From IMG/VR virus record IMGVR_UViG_3300011335_000873, positions 1 through 50,681 of that record: a DNA stretch of 50,681 nt. The stretch is one strand, 5' to 3'. Position 1 is the first letter of the stretch; every line of letters starts with the position of its first letter. The position numbers and the translations under genes were made by a program. The DNA is from a virus. Taxonomy: Duplodnaviria > Caudoviricetes. The notes below the pieces were generated by a model that worked only from the letters and a program-made list of their open reading frames with translations, did no database searches and was not told where the DNA came from. Shown piece by piece: positions 9,541-17,584 of this stretch.

Positions 9541-9753
9541 TTAAGAGAACTTTTTGTGCAGCATTGCTGCAATTCTGTCGCTGAAATGTTTATCTATAGC
9601 GTCACTAATTGTGGCGCCTTGGTTAACACTTTCGACAATACGTTCCGCTTGCCTTAAGTAAATACCTAAGGCAAACGGATTGTATCCACGCTTAGTGGAT
9701 TGTTTGATATCCCACTGAGTTAGTAGGTGATCAAGTTGTGAATGCAAGTTCAT
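9541..9753 (-). CDS. hypothetical protein
   Basis: Likely start MNLHSQ after AACACCATG. Confidence 0.65.
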   Translation of the reverse strand: MNLHSQLDHLLTQWDIKQSTKRGYNPFALGIYLRQAERIVESVNQGATISDAIDKHFSDRIAAMLHKKFS

Positions 9754-9757
9754 GGTG

Positions 9758-9925
9758 TTAATAGTGTGACTCGTCAATACATCTTTCCAGCCAGTAAGCA
9801 AAGGCTGCAAAGTTATCCGCGTAGTTTGGTTCTCTTGCATACCATTTATATGCAAGTTCTAACCTATTCTCTGGTATCTGTAGATACGGAAGCCTGGATA
9901 GCTGAGGCTTAAAAATAGTAGTCAT
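9758..9925 (-). CDS. hypothetical protein
   Basis: Likely start MTTIFK; tightly packed. Confidence 0.55.
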   Translation of the reverse strand: MTTIFKPQLSRLPYLQIPENRLELAYKWYAREPNYADNFAAFAYWLERCIDESHY

Positions 9926-9926
9926 C

Positions 9927-10184
9927 TTAGTAATACTTTCTACGTACATCACGAGACATATCCCATGCGGGATTACATGCTTCCGCCCCTACTTTATCCG
10001 GAAAGCAAGGCCTTACATCATCCTTATAGACATAACCAAACCCCTTATAGTTATCTGTTTCATGTAGTACATGGTCGATTGCAGCAATCAACCCATACTT
10101 TTCATGATCTGATAAAGAATCAAGCACAAGTTTAGAGTTCACATAGTCTTTGAACTCTGATACGTTAAAAGTTTTGCGGGCCAT
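9927..10184 (-). CDS. hypothetical phage protein
   Basis: MARKTFNV...LHETDNYKGFGY; tightly packed. Confidence 0.75.
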   Translation of the reverse strand: MARKTFNVSEFKDYVNSKLVLDSLSDHEKYGLIAAIDHVLHETDNYKGFGYVYKDDVRPCFPDKVGAEACNPAWDMSRDVRRKYY

Positions 10185-10186
10185 GA

Positions 10187-10465
10187 TTAGATAATCTCCT
10201 TAATAAGTTTGCGGGCTTTACTTGGCGTGGCTGCCCACACTAAGCTGCCCGAAGTTGGTGACTTAAAGTAGAACAAATCACCGCCTAATCGGCGGGATTT
10301 ATCTATACAAATAACTTGCACATTCTTGTAAAAGAATGTATCTTCTTGGTATGATTTGAGGCCAGTCACACTGCACTCCTTAAGTGAGAGTAACCGGGTA
10401 CATCGTGAGCATAAGCTGGGGATGGTAAAGTTCTTAACATCTTGCGATACCATCTGATACTGCAA
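10187..10465 (-). CDS. hypothetical protein (start uncertain)
   Basis: ORF in operon; overlaps the upstream gene. Confidence 0.45.
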   Translation of the reverse strand: MQYQMVSQDVKNFTIPSLCSRCTRLLSLKECSVTGLKSYQEDTFFYKNVQVICIDKSRRLGGDLFYFKSPTSGSLVWAATPSKARKLIKEII

Positions 10466-10635
10466 TTTATACGCTCAGCAGCATATGCTTCTTTGCGCCA
10501 TATACCTGGAACAGCATCACTACCTAGGTAGCCTTCATCATAAGCAGCCAAGCTGCAACCATCTTCATCCATTAAAACATAACAACGTTGAGGGTTACCG
10601 TTAACATCGTTAACGGCACAGAAGTGTTTAATCAT
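10366..10635 (-). CDS. hypothetical phage protein
   Basis: NDVNGNPQR...DEGYLG motif; TCACCTTAATTATCATG leader. Confidence 0.75.
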   Translation of the reverse strand: MIKHFCAVNDVNGNPQRCYVLMDEDGCSLAAYDEGYLGSDAVPGIWRKEAYAAERINCSIRWYRKMLRTLPSPAYAHDVPGYSHLRSAV

Positions 10636-10661
10636 GATAATTAAGGTGATTTAGAAAGAAG

Positions 10662-10820
10662 TTAGAAAGAAGGAGGAACAATAAAGAACTTACCATCTGA
10701 AGATTTGGTGGGAAGAGATTCTAACTTAAGTAATGTTTCAGCAGCTTCATTCCACGTGCTGAATGATTCACATTCTTTGTCAATTAAACCATTGAACGAA
10801 CAATAGAAAATAGTAAACAT
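10662..10820 (-). CDS. small hypothetical protein, 52 aa; first gene of the early operon (not in ORF track)
   Basis: MFTIFYCSFNG...VPPSF; its leader shares TCACCTTAA with the next gene. Confidence 0.6.
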   Translation of the reverse strand: MFTIFYCSFNGLIDKECESFSTWNEAAETLLKLESLPTKSSDGKFFIVPPSF

Positions 10821-10854
10821 GATGTGAAGTTAAGGTGACTGAGAGACACAAAGT

Positions 10855-11622
10855 CCCTCACCTTATGTAATACATAAGGGGAGAGATTCTAGTGTATGAT
10901 CATAAATGATCTAATGTGATCCTTAATTAATAACTACATTATGTGCAGTACATTAATTAAGACCCCCAAGAGAATGTAACCCTGGCTAAATTAGCCAAAC
11001 AGAATACAGTGTATGTAGTAGGTCACAGCGCACAAAAAAGTGATAGGCCTTTAACCCACCACCCTTATGTATATGTGACCCACTACATTCCTGAGATCTT
11101 ATGTATTCAATTGCCACGCTGGCATCCATTAAAGGAGACGTGGAAGAATATATAGGTGCGACCTATACTTATACGCTCTAGTAGTGTGTACAACTTCTCT
11201 GGTGATATTATGTATTAGAGTATGATATAGTACCCTACTGAATTGTATAGGGTCAGACTATATACTCTGGGGGATTACTACGCGCCCAGAAGATACTCTT
11301 TCGCTACATCTTTATATAGTTGCATAGCATATCTGCAACTATAAAGATGGGAAGCTATATAGAATGGTTTACCCATAGCGTAGGCTATCCGTGCTAGCTA
11401 TCTAACTACGGGCAAACTATTCAGAATGTCAAGGTTCGCAAACCTAGATACTTTAAGATCCTTACTGCTTCTCGCATAGTTACACTAAGCCTGTCCTAGG
11501 CTCCGGCCCTGGGCACAGTTAAGTGGCAAGGACAGGGAGCCCGTGGCAAGCGACGCGAACGGTTCGCGGCCTGGCAAGGATCTTTAAGTTATCTAGGTTC
11601 GATCGATCAACCTGTGATCGAT
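10855..11622 (-). ncRNA. long structured leader / candidate ncRNA
   Basis: No ORF of 60 aa or more; at least ten inverted repeats, for example ccttatgta/tacataagg, atgtagtaggtcaca/tgtgacccactacat, catctttatatagttgca/tgcaactataaagatg and aacctagata...tcctt/aagga...tatctaggtt. Confidence 0.6.
11417..11437 (-). promoter_or_regulatory. boxA-like antitermination element
   Basis: GAACCTTGACATTCTGAATAG compared with cyanobacterial rrn boxA GAACCTTGA(A/C)AA followed by CTG(C/A)ATAG; preceded by stem-loops. Confidence 0.6.
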
Positions 11623-11628
11623 GAGCAA

Positions 11629-11685
11629 AGCATGCCTCAGGTCCGGCGCAGCTGTCAATTAAGAACAGGTTAAGGTTAGGTTAAA
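11629..11685 (-). promoter_or_regulatory. sigma70-type promoter with overlapping triple Pho box
   Basis: TTTAACCT-aac-CTTAACCT-gtt-CTTAATTG at 11-bp period. The third repeat overlaps TTGACA (11658-11653), followed by an 18-nt spacer and CATGCT -10 (11634-11629). Confidence 0.65.
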
Positions 11686-11764
11686 GTTTCTTAACCTTTG
11701 ATCCCCGCCTAATAATAATACAATTGTACTAATAACCTCGGTTGTTTGCTCCGATCAGAACGAG

Positions 11765-11854
11765 ACGCACACGCACACACACACGCGCACACGCACACAC
11801 ACGCGCACACGCACACACACACGCACACGCACACGCACGCGCACGTACGCGTAC
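11765..11854. repeat. 90-bp perfect alternating purine-pyrimidine (CA/CG) tract
   Basis: ACGCACACGCACACACACACGCGCAC...GCACGTACGCGTAC with unbroken RY alternation. Confidence 0.95.
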
Positions 11855-12004
11855 CTGCCCGCAATTTCGGCCTTTTTTTTATATATGGCTACTATACGAC
11901 GGGGGCGGCGAGAACCCTATTGGAATCAGCGGGGTAAAGTGGCCCCAAACGCTCTAGTGTTAATATGCTGTCAGACCCATATTAAAAAAATTTTTGTCGC
12001 ACTT

Positions 12005-12901
12005 TTAGCGGTCTAAACTAAATTTGCTAATTTCTTGGCAAAACCGCTTGCGCCATAGGTCTTTCCACTTGTCCCAAAATGCACGACACTCTGCTTGAAC
12101 TTCGTCTAACCGACCCTCGTGGATAATTTTTGCGCATTTGTCCGCAGCTTCATCCCAACTGTCCGCTCGCACGAACGGCATTTCTGCTTCGCCTTGAAAA
12201 ATTACGTGCCAGTAAGACGGTTTTACCTGAAAATATGTTGTTGAATTCATGACGACAGGTATAGTACCTGCTTCCAGTGCTTCATAAATCCTGAACGAAT
12301 CGATGTTGTACCCGCCTTGAGGTGCAATAGCGAACACACTGTCCGCCATTACTTGTGCATACTCCCGTGTCGTTAGTTGTTTTGGATCATTAAACGATTC
12401 GCATACGTTTAATTGATACGGTCTGAGCTTTGTAAAACAATTTATGGCTGTGCTGCGGTCTGCTTTTAGAGATCCCGCAAAGCTCCAGGCCAAACGTCTG
12501 TCGGATGCTTTCTTGGTTTCTTTAACGAAATGCTCAAAGCAGTGCCTGTACCCAAGCGGAAACGTAAATACTTTTGGATCTTGGTAGTACTTAGGGCTGA
12601 AATAATTACGGGCGGCAAACAAACAGTTGGAATCCTCTAAGTAAAACATGGGTTCTTCTAGAGTTTCGTCCGATAAAAGAACCACGCCGAACTTATTGCC
12701 GCTTTCGCTCACCCTGTGGATGTATTCGTAAGCCTTGCTGTTGTTAGTTATTACCACACAATCTTCCAGAACTGGAAAATTTTCTAATTTTTGGCCAAAA
12801 TACGGCGTTGCTCCTGCCTTACTGAGCATGGAAGCGACCCAGGTTCCGCCCCATTGCTGGTAATCGTCACCAAACCACACCACTTTTGGTCGTGTTGTCA
12901 T
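12005..12901 (-). CDS. exostosin-like glycosyltransferase (GT47)
   Basis: WSFAG...SVFAIAPQG...SFRIYEALEAGTIPVV; start MTTRPK coupled (ATGA) to the upstream methyltransferase. Confidence 0.8.
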   Translation of the reverse strand: MTTRPKVVWFGDDYQQWGGTWVASMLSKAGATPYFGQKLENFPVLEDCVVITNNSKAYEYIHRVSESGNKFGVVLLSDETLEEPMFYLEDSNCLFAARNYFSPKYYQDPKVFTFPLGYRHCFEHFVKETKKASDRRLAWSFAGSLKADRSTAINCFTKLRPYQLNVCESFNDPKQLTTREYAQVMADSVFAIAPQGGYNIDSFRIYEALEAGTIPVVMNSTTYFQVKPSYWHVIFQGEAEMPFVRADSWDEAADKCAKIIHEGRLDEVQAECRAFWDKWKDLWRKRFCQEISKFSLDR

Positions 12902-13524
12902 TTTGCGTTCAAGCACCAGAGCTGCCAACCAGCAAAAAATGCGTTCTCTACGTTTCCAAACAGCTGCATGCAAGTATCTGCTGCACTTTTAACGCTCTCC
13001 GCGCCGTAATCGTCAAAAATCAAAGCTCCGCCTGGTTTTAGGTGCGGGTAGTACAAAGAGAGGTCACGGCATACCGACACGCTGTCGTGGGCACCGTCGA
13101 TGTAAAGGATATCGATGCCTTCTGTTAGTTCTGTTGATACTACGGGGTACAAGTCCCAGCTACAGCCTTTCCTCAAGTCAACTTTTTCTGGGTATTTACT
13201 CAGAGATACGTTCTTCTTGGCAATTTTTTCAATTTGACCCAAAGTCGGGTGGTTCTTGGGGTCTCTTATGTTTTCTTCAGATCCGGTAAACGGGTCGATC
13301 GAGATCAATTTGCTGTCTGGGTGCTCCAGAAAGTTATCAGACCACCAAACTGTCGAAGCGCCTTCATATACACCTATTTCTACGATCAACCGCTTCTCGG
13401 CGGGGTCAAACACCAGTTTTTGGGCTTGTTGACTTTTTTTAATAATTTCGTAAGAACCCGTTAGATATTTGTACCACCCGTGGGTGACTGTATATTTTGA
13501 GTCTAGGATCGGGGCTCCGTCCAT
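12898..13524 (-). CDS. class I SAM methyltransferase (Methyltransf_24-like)
   Basis: VEIGVYEGAS, SIDPF, YIDGAH and LKPGGALIFDDY. Confidence 0.88.
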   Translation of the reverse strand: MDGAPILDSKYTVTHGWYKYLTGSYEIIKKSQQAQKLVFDPAEKRLIVEIGVYEGASTVWWSDNFLEHPDSKLISIDPFTGSEENIRDPKNHPTLGQIEKIAKKNVSLSKYPEKVDLRKGCSWDLYPVVSTELTEGIDILYIDGAHDSVSVCRDLSLYYPHLKPGGALIFDDYGAESVKSAADTCMQLFGNVENAFFAGWQLWCLNAK

Positions 13525-13571
13525 TTTATGTGACAGTTTATTGACATTACTATACTAGCAGCCCCCTGGGG

Positions 13572-13988
13572 TTGCCGCAAACCAGAAAGAAGTGCTACCA
13601 TGATAATGGTCTTTACCTAGCTCACATGCCTAACAACATCGACATCAAGCTCAACAGCAAAGATCTTCCGGCCACAGCTGTGGCGGCCAACTCAGCAGCA
13701 CTGCTGCAAATAATTTTGGTATTTGTATCTTTTTGGGGCGTTGTAGCAATGTTGGGTAATGCTATGAAATCGCTAGGTCCAGCTGCACAACAAGCTGAAG
13801 CTAGTGTAGCGGTTTATGACAGAGCTTATAACACTACATACACTCAGTGCCGAAACAACAATCCTAATAGCGGCGGAGCTATTTACAACTCAGAAGGTTT
13901 TTTAGTCGGACAGTATCCTGTTGCTGACTGCTTAGGTGACGCTCAACGTGCAGGTAAACTGGCTCAGCTCTCCGCCAAAGGTTTTTAA
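13572..13988 (+). CDS. membrane-anchored hypothetical protein
   Basis: One transmembrane segment and a Cys pair; true start probably MPNNID. Confidence 0.6.
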   Translation: MPQTRKKCYHDNGLYLAHMPNNIDIKLNSKDLPATAVAANSAALLQIILVFVSFWGVVAMLGNAMKSLGPAAQQAEASVAVYDRAYNTTYTQCRNNNPNSGGAIYNSEGFLVGQYPVADCLGDAQRAGKLAQLSAKGF

Positions 13989-14022
13989 CCTTTAACATTT
14001 TTTTTATATCCGTGGAGTTTGT

Positions 14023-14250
14023 ATGACAACCAACGTAATGACTTTTGTGTGCCCTGTGTGTAAAATGCAGTTTAACTTAAAAGGATCTAAACTGCGACGA
14101 TGGAACGACAAAAAAGAAAAAAAACCTACTACACAAGGTCCTTACTGTAATTATAAATGTTCAAGTAAAGATAATCAAGCTCGCATCGTAGCTCGGTACT
14201 GGTTACTAAAAGAATCAAAAGAAACGGCTTTGTTAAAAAATTTAGAATAG
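14023..14250 (+). CDS. small Zn-finger-like basic protein
   Basis: CPVC...YCNYKC. Confidence 0.55.
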   Translation: MTTNVMTFVCPVCKMQFNLKGSKLRRWNDKKEKKPTTQGPYCNYKCSSKDNQARIVARYWLLKESKETALLKNLE

Positions 14251-14263
14251 AATTTTTTGAAAC

Positions 14264-14336
14264 GCCCGAGTAGCCCAGCGGAAGAGGCAAACGACTTAAA
14301 ATCGTTACAGCGTGGGTCCGAATCCCACCTCGGGTA
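14264..14336 (+). tRNA. trnL: tRNA-Leu(UAA) with short variable loop
   Basis: Acceptor GCCCGAG/CTCGGGT, anticodon arm AACGA-CTTAAAA-TCGTT, T arm GTGGG-TCCGAAT-CCCAC, discriminator A, no encoded CCA. Confidence 0.9.
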
Positions 14337-14345
14337 CTTTTCAGA

Positions 14346-15053
14346 TTATTGGTGTATGGCTATGTACATATTGTCAAACGGCCTAAGTTCAGAGATTGTG
14401 TAGTCAAGTGAAATTATATAACTAAACAGCTCACGTTTTCTTGCTGCAAACCATTCGTGGTTGTTTGCTTCAAATATTATTGGCGGCTTGTTTGACGCTA
14501 AAAGCGTCTCGTGGGCACCAACAAGTACGGCCAGTTCGTTGCCTTCGACATCTAGTTTTAGTAGCCCTACGTCGTTCCATTCAAAGTTATCGATATACTC
14601 TGTTTCTACTTCCTCTGTGCGTATTATTTTTTGACCCGCTTGTGTTGGAAGTATTGTCGAACCCCCTCCGTCTTCTGAGACTACATTCAATTGAGCGTAG
14701 GCACTTGCGTGGTCTTTGTCGGTAAGAGCGAGGTGGAAAGGGAACACATTAGTTTTTTCGTACAAAAAGATGTTTCCGCACAGCTGGTAGTAAGTACGTC
14801 TCTGCGCTTCAAACGCATTAACTTCCTTGAAGTCGTCTGCTAATAGTAGAGAGTAACTGCCCATGTGGGCGCCACAATCTAAAAATCTTTTTTTCTTATT
14901 CCCAAACTTTTTAGACCATTGAATTATCTGATGCTCAGGTATTCCTACCCTTTGCATCTGGCACATTCCAGAATCATCTTTGTGCATTAAGAATGCCACG
15001 CTAGGTACGGGCACCATTAAATGGTCTTCAGGACCCCAAAGATACGTGGACAT
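14346..15053 (-). CDS. FkbM-family methyltransferase
   Basis: LDCGAHMGSYS, AFEAQ, LLKLDVEGNELAVLVGA and IIFE. Confidence 0.9.
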   Translation of the reverse strand: MSTYLWGPEDHLMVPVPSVAFLMHKDDSGMCQMQRVGIPEHQIIQWSKKFGNKKKRFLDCGAHMGSYSLLLADDFKEVNAFEAQRRTYYQLCGNIFLYEKTNVFPFHLALTDKDHASAYAQLNVVSEDGGGSTILPTQAGQKIIRTEEVETEYIDNFEWNDVGLLKLDVEGNELAVLVGAHETLLASNKPPIIFEANNHEWFAARKRELFSYIISLDYTISELRPFDNMYIAIHQ

Positions 15054-15066
15054 CCGCCTTCTATAA

Positions 15067-15084
15067 CTGCTACTATAGTAGCAG
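15067..15084. promoter_or_regulatory. perfect 18-bp palindrome, candidate bidirectional extended -10 promoter
   Basis: CTGCTACTATAGTAGCAG reads TG-C-TACTAT on both strands and is centred exactly between divergent ATGs at 15053 and 15098. Confidence 0.65.
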
Positions 15085-15097
15085 CCAAGTTTGTTTC

Positions 15098-15868
15098 ATG
15101 ACCTCTATACCTGTTATTGGCACTGCCGTTGTAAATGCTCCGCATTGGGTGTATAGGTTATTTTATAGTATTGATTATCCTGTAGATACTTTTATTGTTT
15201 TAAATAACAATGGTCGCGGACAGATTACAGAAGAACTAGATGCTTTAAAGACCGCGCCTCATGCTTTTGTTAAAGAAGTTAAAGTGTGTCACCTACCGGC
15301 AAACATCGGATGTGCAGGCGCGTGGAATCTAATCATCAAGTCGGCTCTTCAAGCACCGCATTGGCTGATTTCAAATCACGATGTTATGTTTACGCCTGGG
15401 TTCCTGGCGGCATTAGCTAAAAAGGTCGAGGATCCTGATACAGGTGTTGTTCACGGATTGAATGGTGGTTGGGATGTTTTCTTGTTAAAGGACTGGGTTG
15501 TGCAACATTTTGGGCTTTTTGATGAAAATCTGTATCCCGGTTACTGCGAAGATATGGATTACGGTATGCGTTTTAAACATAAAGAGCTTAAACGCGAACT
15601 TTCAGTAGGGGTTCCGTACTACCACGGGTGGGCGACTAACTCATATGACGATGGAAGTCAGACTTGGCGCAGCGAACCCGAGCTAGCTCAGAAGATTCAT
15701 CAAGCTCATGAGATGAACAAAGGCTATATGCATGCGAAGTGGTCACCAGCGTGGCAAGGACACGTTGAAGGGGAAGTTCACGAGACACCTTTTAATATTC
15801 CTAGTTTGCCTATTGACTTCACAACGTATGATTTAGAGTTTGTCCGTAGTAAAACTTTAGGATTCTGA
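15098..15868 (+). CDS. GT-A fold glycosyltransferase (GT2-like)
   Basis: NIGCAGAWN, ISNHDV and GLFDENLYPGYCEDMDY. Confidence 0.8.
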   Translation: MTSIPVIGTAVVNAPHWVYRLFYSIDYPVDTFIVLNNNGRGQITEELDALKTAPHAFVKEVKVCHLPANIGCAGAWNLIIKSALQAPHWLISNHDVMFTPGFLAALAKKVEDPDTGVVHGLNGGWDVFLLKDWVVQHFGLFDENLYPGYCEDMDYGMRFKHKELKRELSVGVPYYHGWATNSYDDGSQTWRSEPELAQKIHQAHEMNKGYMHAKWSPAWQGHVEGEVHETPFNIPSLPIDFTTYDLEFVRSKTLGF

Positions 15869-15900
15869 ATAGTATAATGGTTTTATATTGATACAGCCTC

Positions 15901-16197
15901 ATGCCTTTTTACTCCTCTTACACAACTTACAGTAGGTTGATTAATGATCTTAAGTTGATTATTGATTCTAGAGGAGTTTCGTCTTTTAAACTCAGTAAAC
16001 TTGCCGATTTGTCGCCTACGACTACTCGCAAAATTTATTATGACGATAAATATATACCTTCGCCAGATGTTATTGAGCGAATATGTATCACATTGGACAT
16101 TACACCTGGCGATTTGTTGAAAATTTTGCCTACAATAGAGGAATCAGTAGTGGTGTGCTCAGGTGTTTTCGCCTCAGGAATATCAATTAGCAGCTAA
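15901..16197 (+). CDS. Cro/C1-type HTH regulator
   Basis: SSFKLSKLADLSPTTTRK...IERICITLDITPGDLL; TATAAT upstream at about 15873. Confidence 0.8.
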   Translation: MPFYSSYTTYSRLINDLKLIIDSRGVSSFKLSKLADLSPTTTRKIYYDDKYIPSPDVIERICITLDITPGDLLKILPTIEESVVVCSGVFASGISISS

Positions 16198-16672
16198 GGT
16201 CCTCGGTTTACCGGTTCCTTGTACAGCGGCGGAGCAAGCAGCAGCTGCTCCTATGACCGCCATGGTCTTGAAGAACTTTGGGAGGGCAATGCCCCCTGCT
16301 CCTGGGTTTGAAGATCAAGATGGCATACAGATGGGCGCCACAAGGTCTTTAAATGCACTTCCTGATACCACTCAACCCGAATATAAAAGTCAATTGATGC
16401 ATCGGTTGCAAGCCGGTGTGGTTAATGAACCGCAAGATGAAGAGATTCAGCACTTAATTGAGCTGATAACGAACGACCCGTACATTGCTGAGTTATTTTT
16501 AAACTTTGTACATAATTTAGAGCAGCAAGGTGATGCACATATGGACATGTTGAGTGCTCAACGCCCTGCTGAGTATGATATGCCTAATTATGGCAGCAAC
16601 TATTCTATGTTGAATGCCCCAACTAATTCTTCGATTCCGCCTTCACAGCGGTATCAGGAGTTGGCTCTATGA
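16163..16672 (+). CDS. hypothetical protein
   Basis: 169 aa, coupled to the next gene. Confidence 0.65.
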   Translation: MFSPQEYQLAAKVLGLPVPCTAAEQAAAAPMTAMVLKNFGRAMPPAPGFEDQDGIQMGATRSLNALPDTTQPEYKSQLMHRLQAGVVNEPQDEEIQHLIELITNDPYIAELFLNFVHNLEQQGDAHMDMLSAQRPAEYDMPNYGSNYSMLNAPTNSSIPPSQRYQELAL

Positions 16673-16902
16673 ATGTTCGGCAACAACAATTAACTGAGAA
16701 AGATGTTCGTAATGAAAGTCCGGAAATTAATCCGACTTTTTTCTTGCAGTCGTATTTAAAATCTAATTTTCCACAGACTGTGGCACATCCATCTCCCGAA
16801 CAACAAAAATACGGAGTGTTTCCACAACAAGACTCTAAGGGTATAGAATATAGCAAGAAGCCTTTATCTGGCACATCATACGATAATCCAGCGAGTTCCT
16901 GA
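16669..16902 (+). CDS. hypothetical protein
   Basis: Overlapping start/stop coupling on both sides. Confidence 0.6.
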   Translation: MNVRQQQLTEKDVRNESPEINPTFFLQSYLKSNFPQTVAHPSPEQQKYGVFPQQDSKGIEYSKKPLSGTSYDNPASS

Positions 16903-17582
16903 TGACTGTCGCTCCTCTTCTCGCCCCTGCTGCAAGTACCCTAGCTCCTCTTGTTGGTATTGAAGCGGCTACAGCTGCTGGTGGCAGCAGTGCATTTAAT
17001 CAGTTAATGCAGTTGTTTTTAGCAAACACTGCAGCTAATCTTACGGATCAAGCTGTTCGATCTGGTGTAGGGGCCGTTACTTCCGCCGTGGCTCCTGGGG
17101 ACACTTCTGCAGTTTCTGTGGGACCTAATAAAAGTAGTTATTTTTTAGGTAGTAATCCATACCTGCAACGAGAACAAACTGAGTTTCGAGAAAATTTTAA
17201 ACGAGGAATACTCCGCAAACTTGGAATAGAGATCCCAGATGTTGATACAACAAAATCCGTATACGATACTCTTGTTAAAAAAGCAGAGGAGCAAGCCACT
17301 AGTCTTTCCCTTCGTGAACAAGCACTTGCAAAGGTAAAGGGTGAGATTGCGTACCATCAAGCACAAATGGAGCGCCAGTACGATCAGGCTATTGCTGGGC
17401 TCCAAGGACAATATAAAGTTGAAAATACTAAACAAGAACAGATTGGTCAGATCGAAAAACAACGAGTAGCTTCTGAATACGGTGTGGCGGGAGGAATGCT
17501 TAATTCCGCCATTACTAACGTATTCTCGCAAGTACCATATTCCGATAGTCCTATTCTTCGTCAAATCGCTGTTCCTGTGTAA
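16902..17582 (+). CDS. putative internal virion / ejection protein
   Basis: A/G-rich hydrophobic N-terminus and Q/E-rich helical C-terminus. Confidence 0.5.
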   Translation: MTVAPLLAPAASTLAPLVGIEAATAAGGSSAFNQLMQLFLANTAANLTDQAVRSGVGAVTSAVAPGDTSAVSVGPNKSSYFLGSNPYLQREQTEFRENFKRGILRKLGIEIPDVDTTKSVYDTLVKKAEEQATSLSLREQALAKVKGEIAYHQAQMERQYDQAIAGLQGQYKVENTKQEQIGQIEKQRVASEYGVAGGMLNSAITNVFSQVPYSDSPILRQIAVPV

Positions 17583-17584
17583 TC

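Noticed and set aside
10855-11700. Possible CRISPR or mini-array in the non-coding region
   Set aside because: The hairpins differ in sequence; there are no regularly spaced direct repeats and no cas genes.
11742-11957. Two ORFs with His-Thr/His-Ala repeats
   Set aside because: They are by-products of the stop-free CA/CG tract, with weak starts and no protein-like content.
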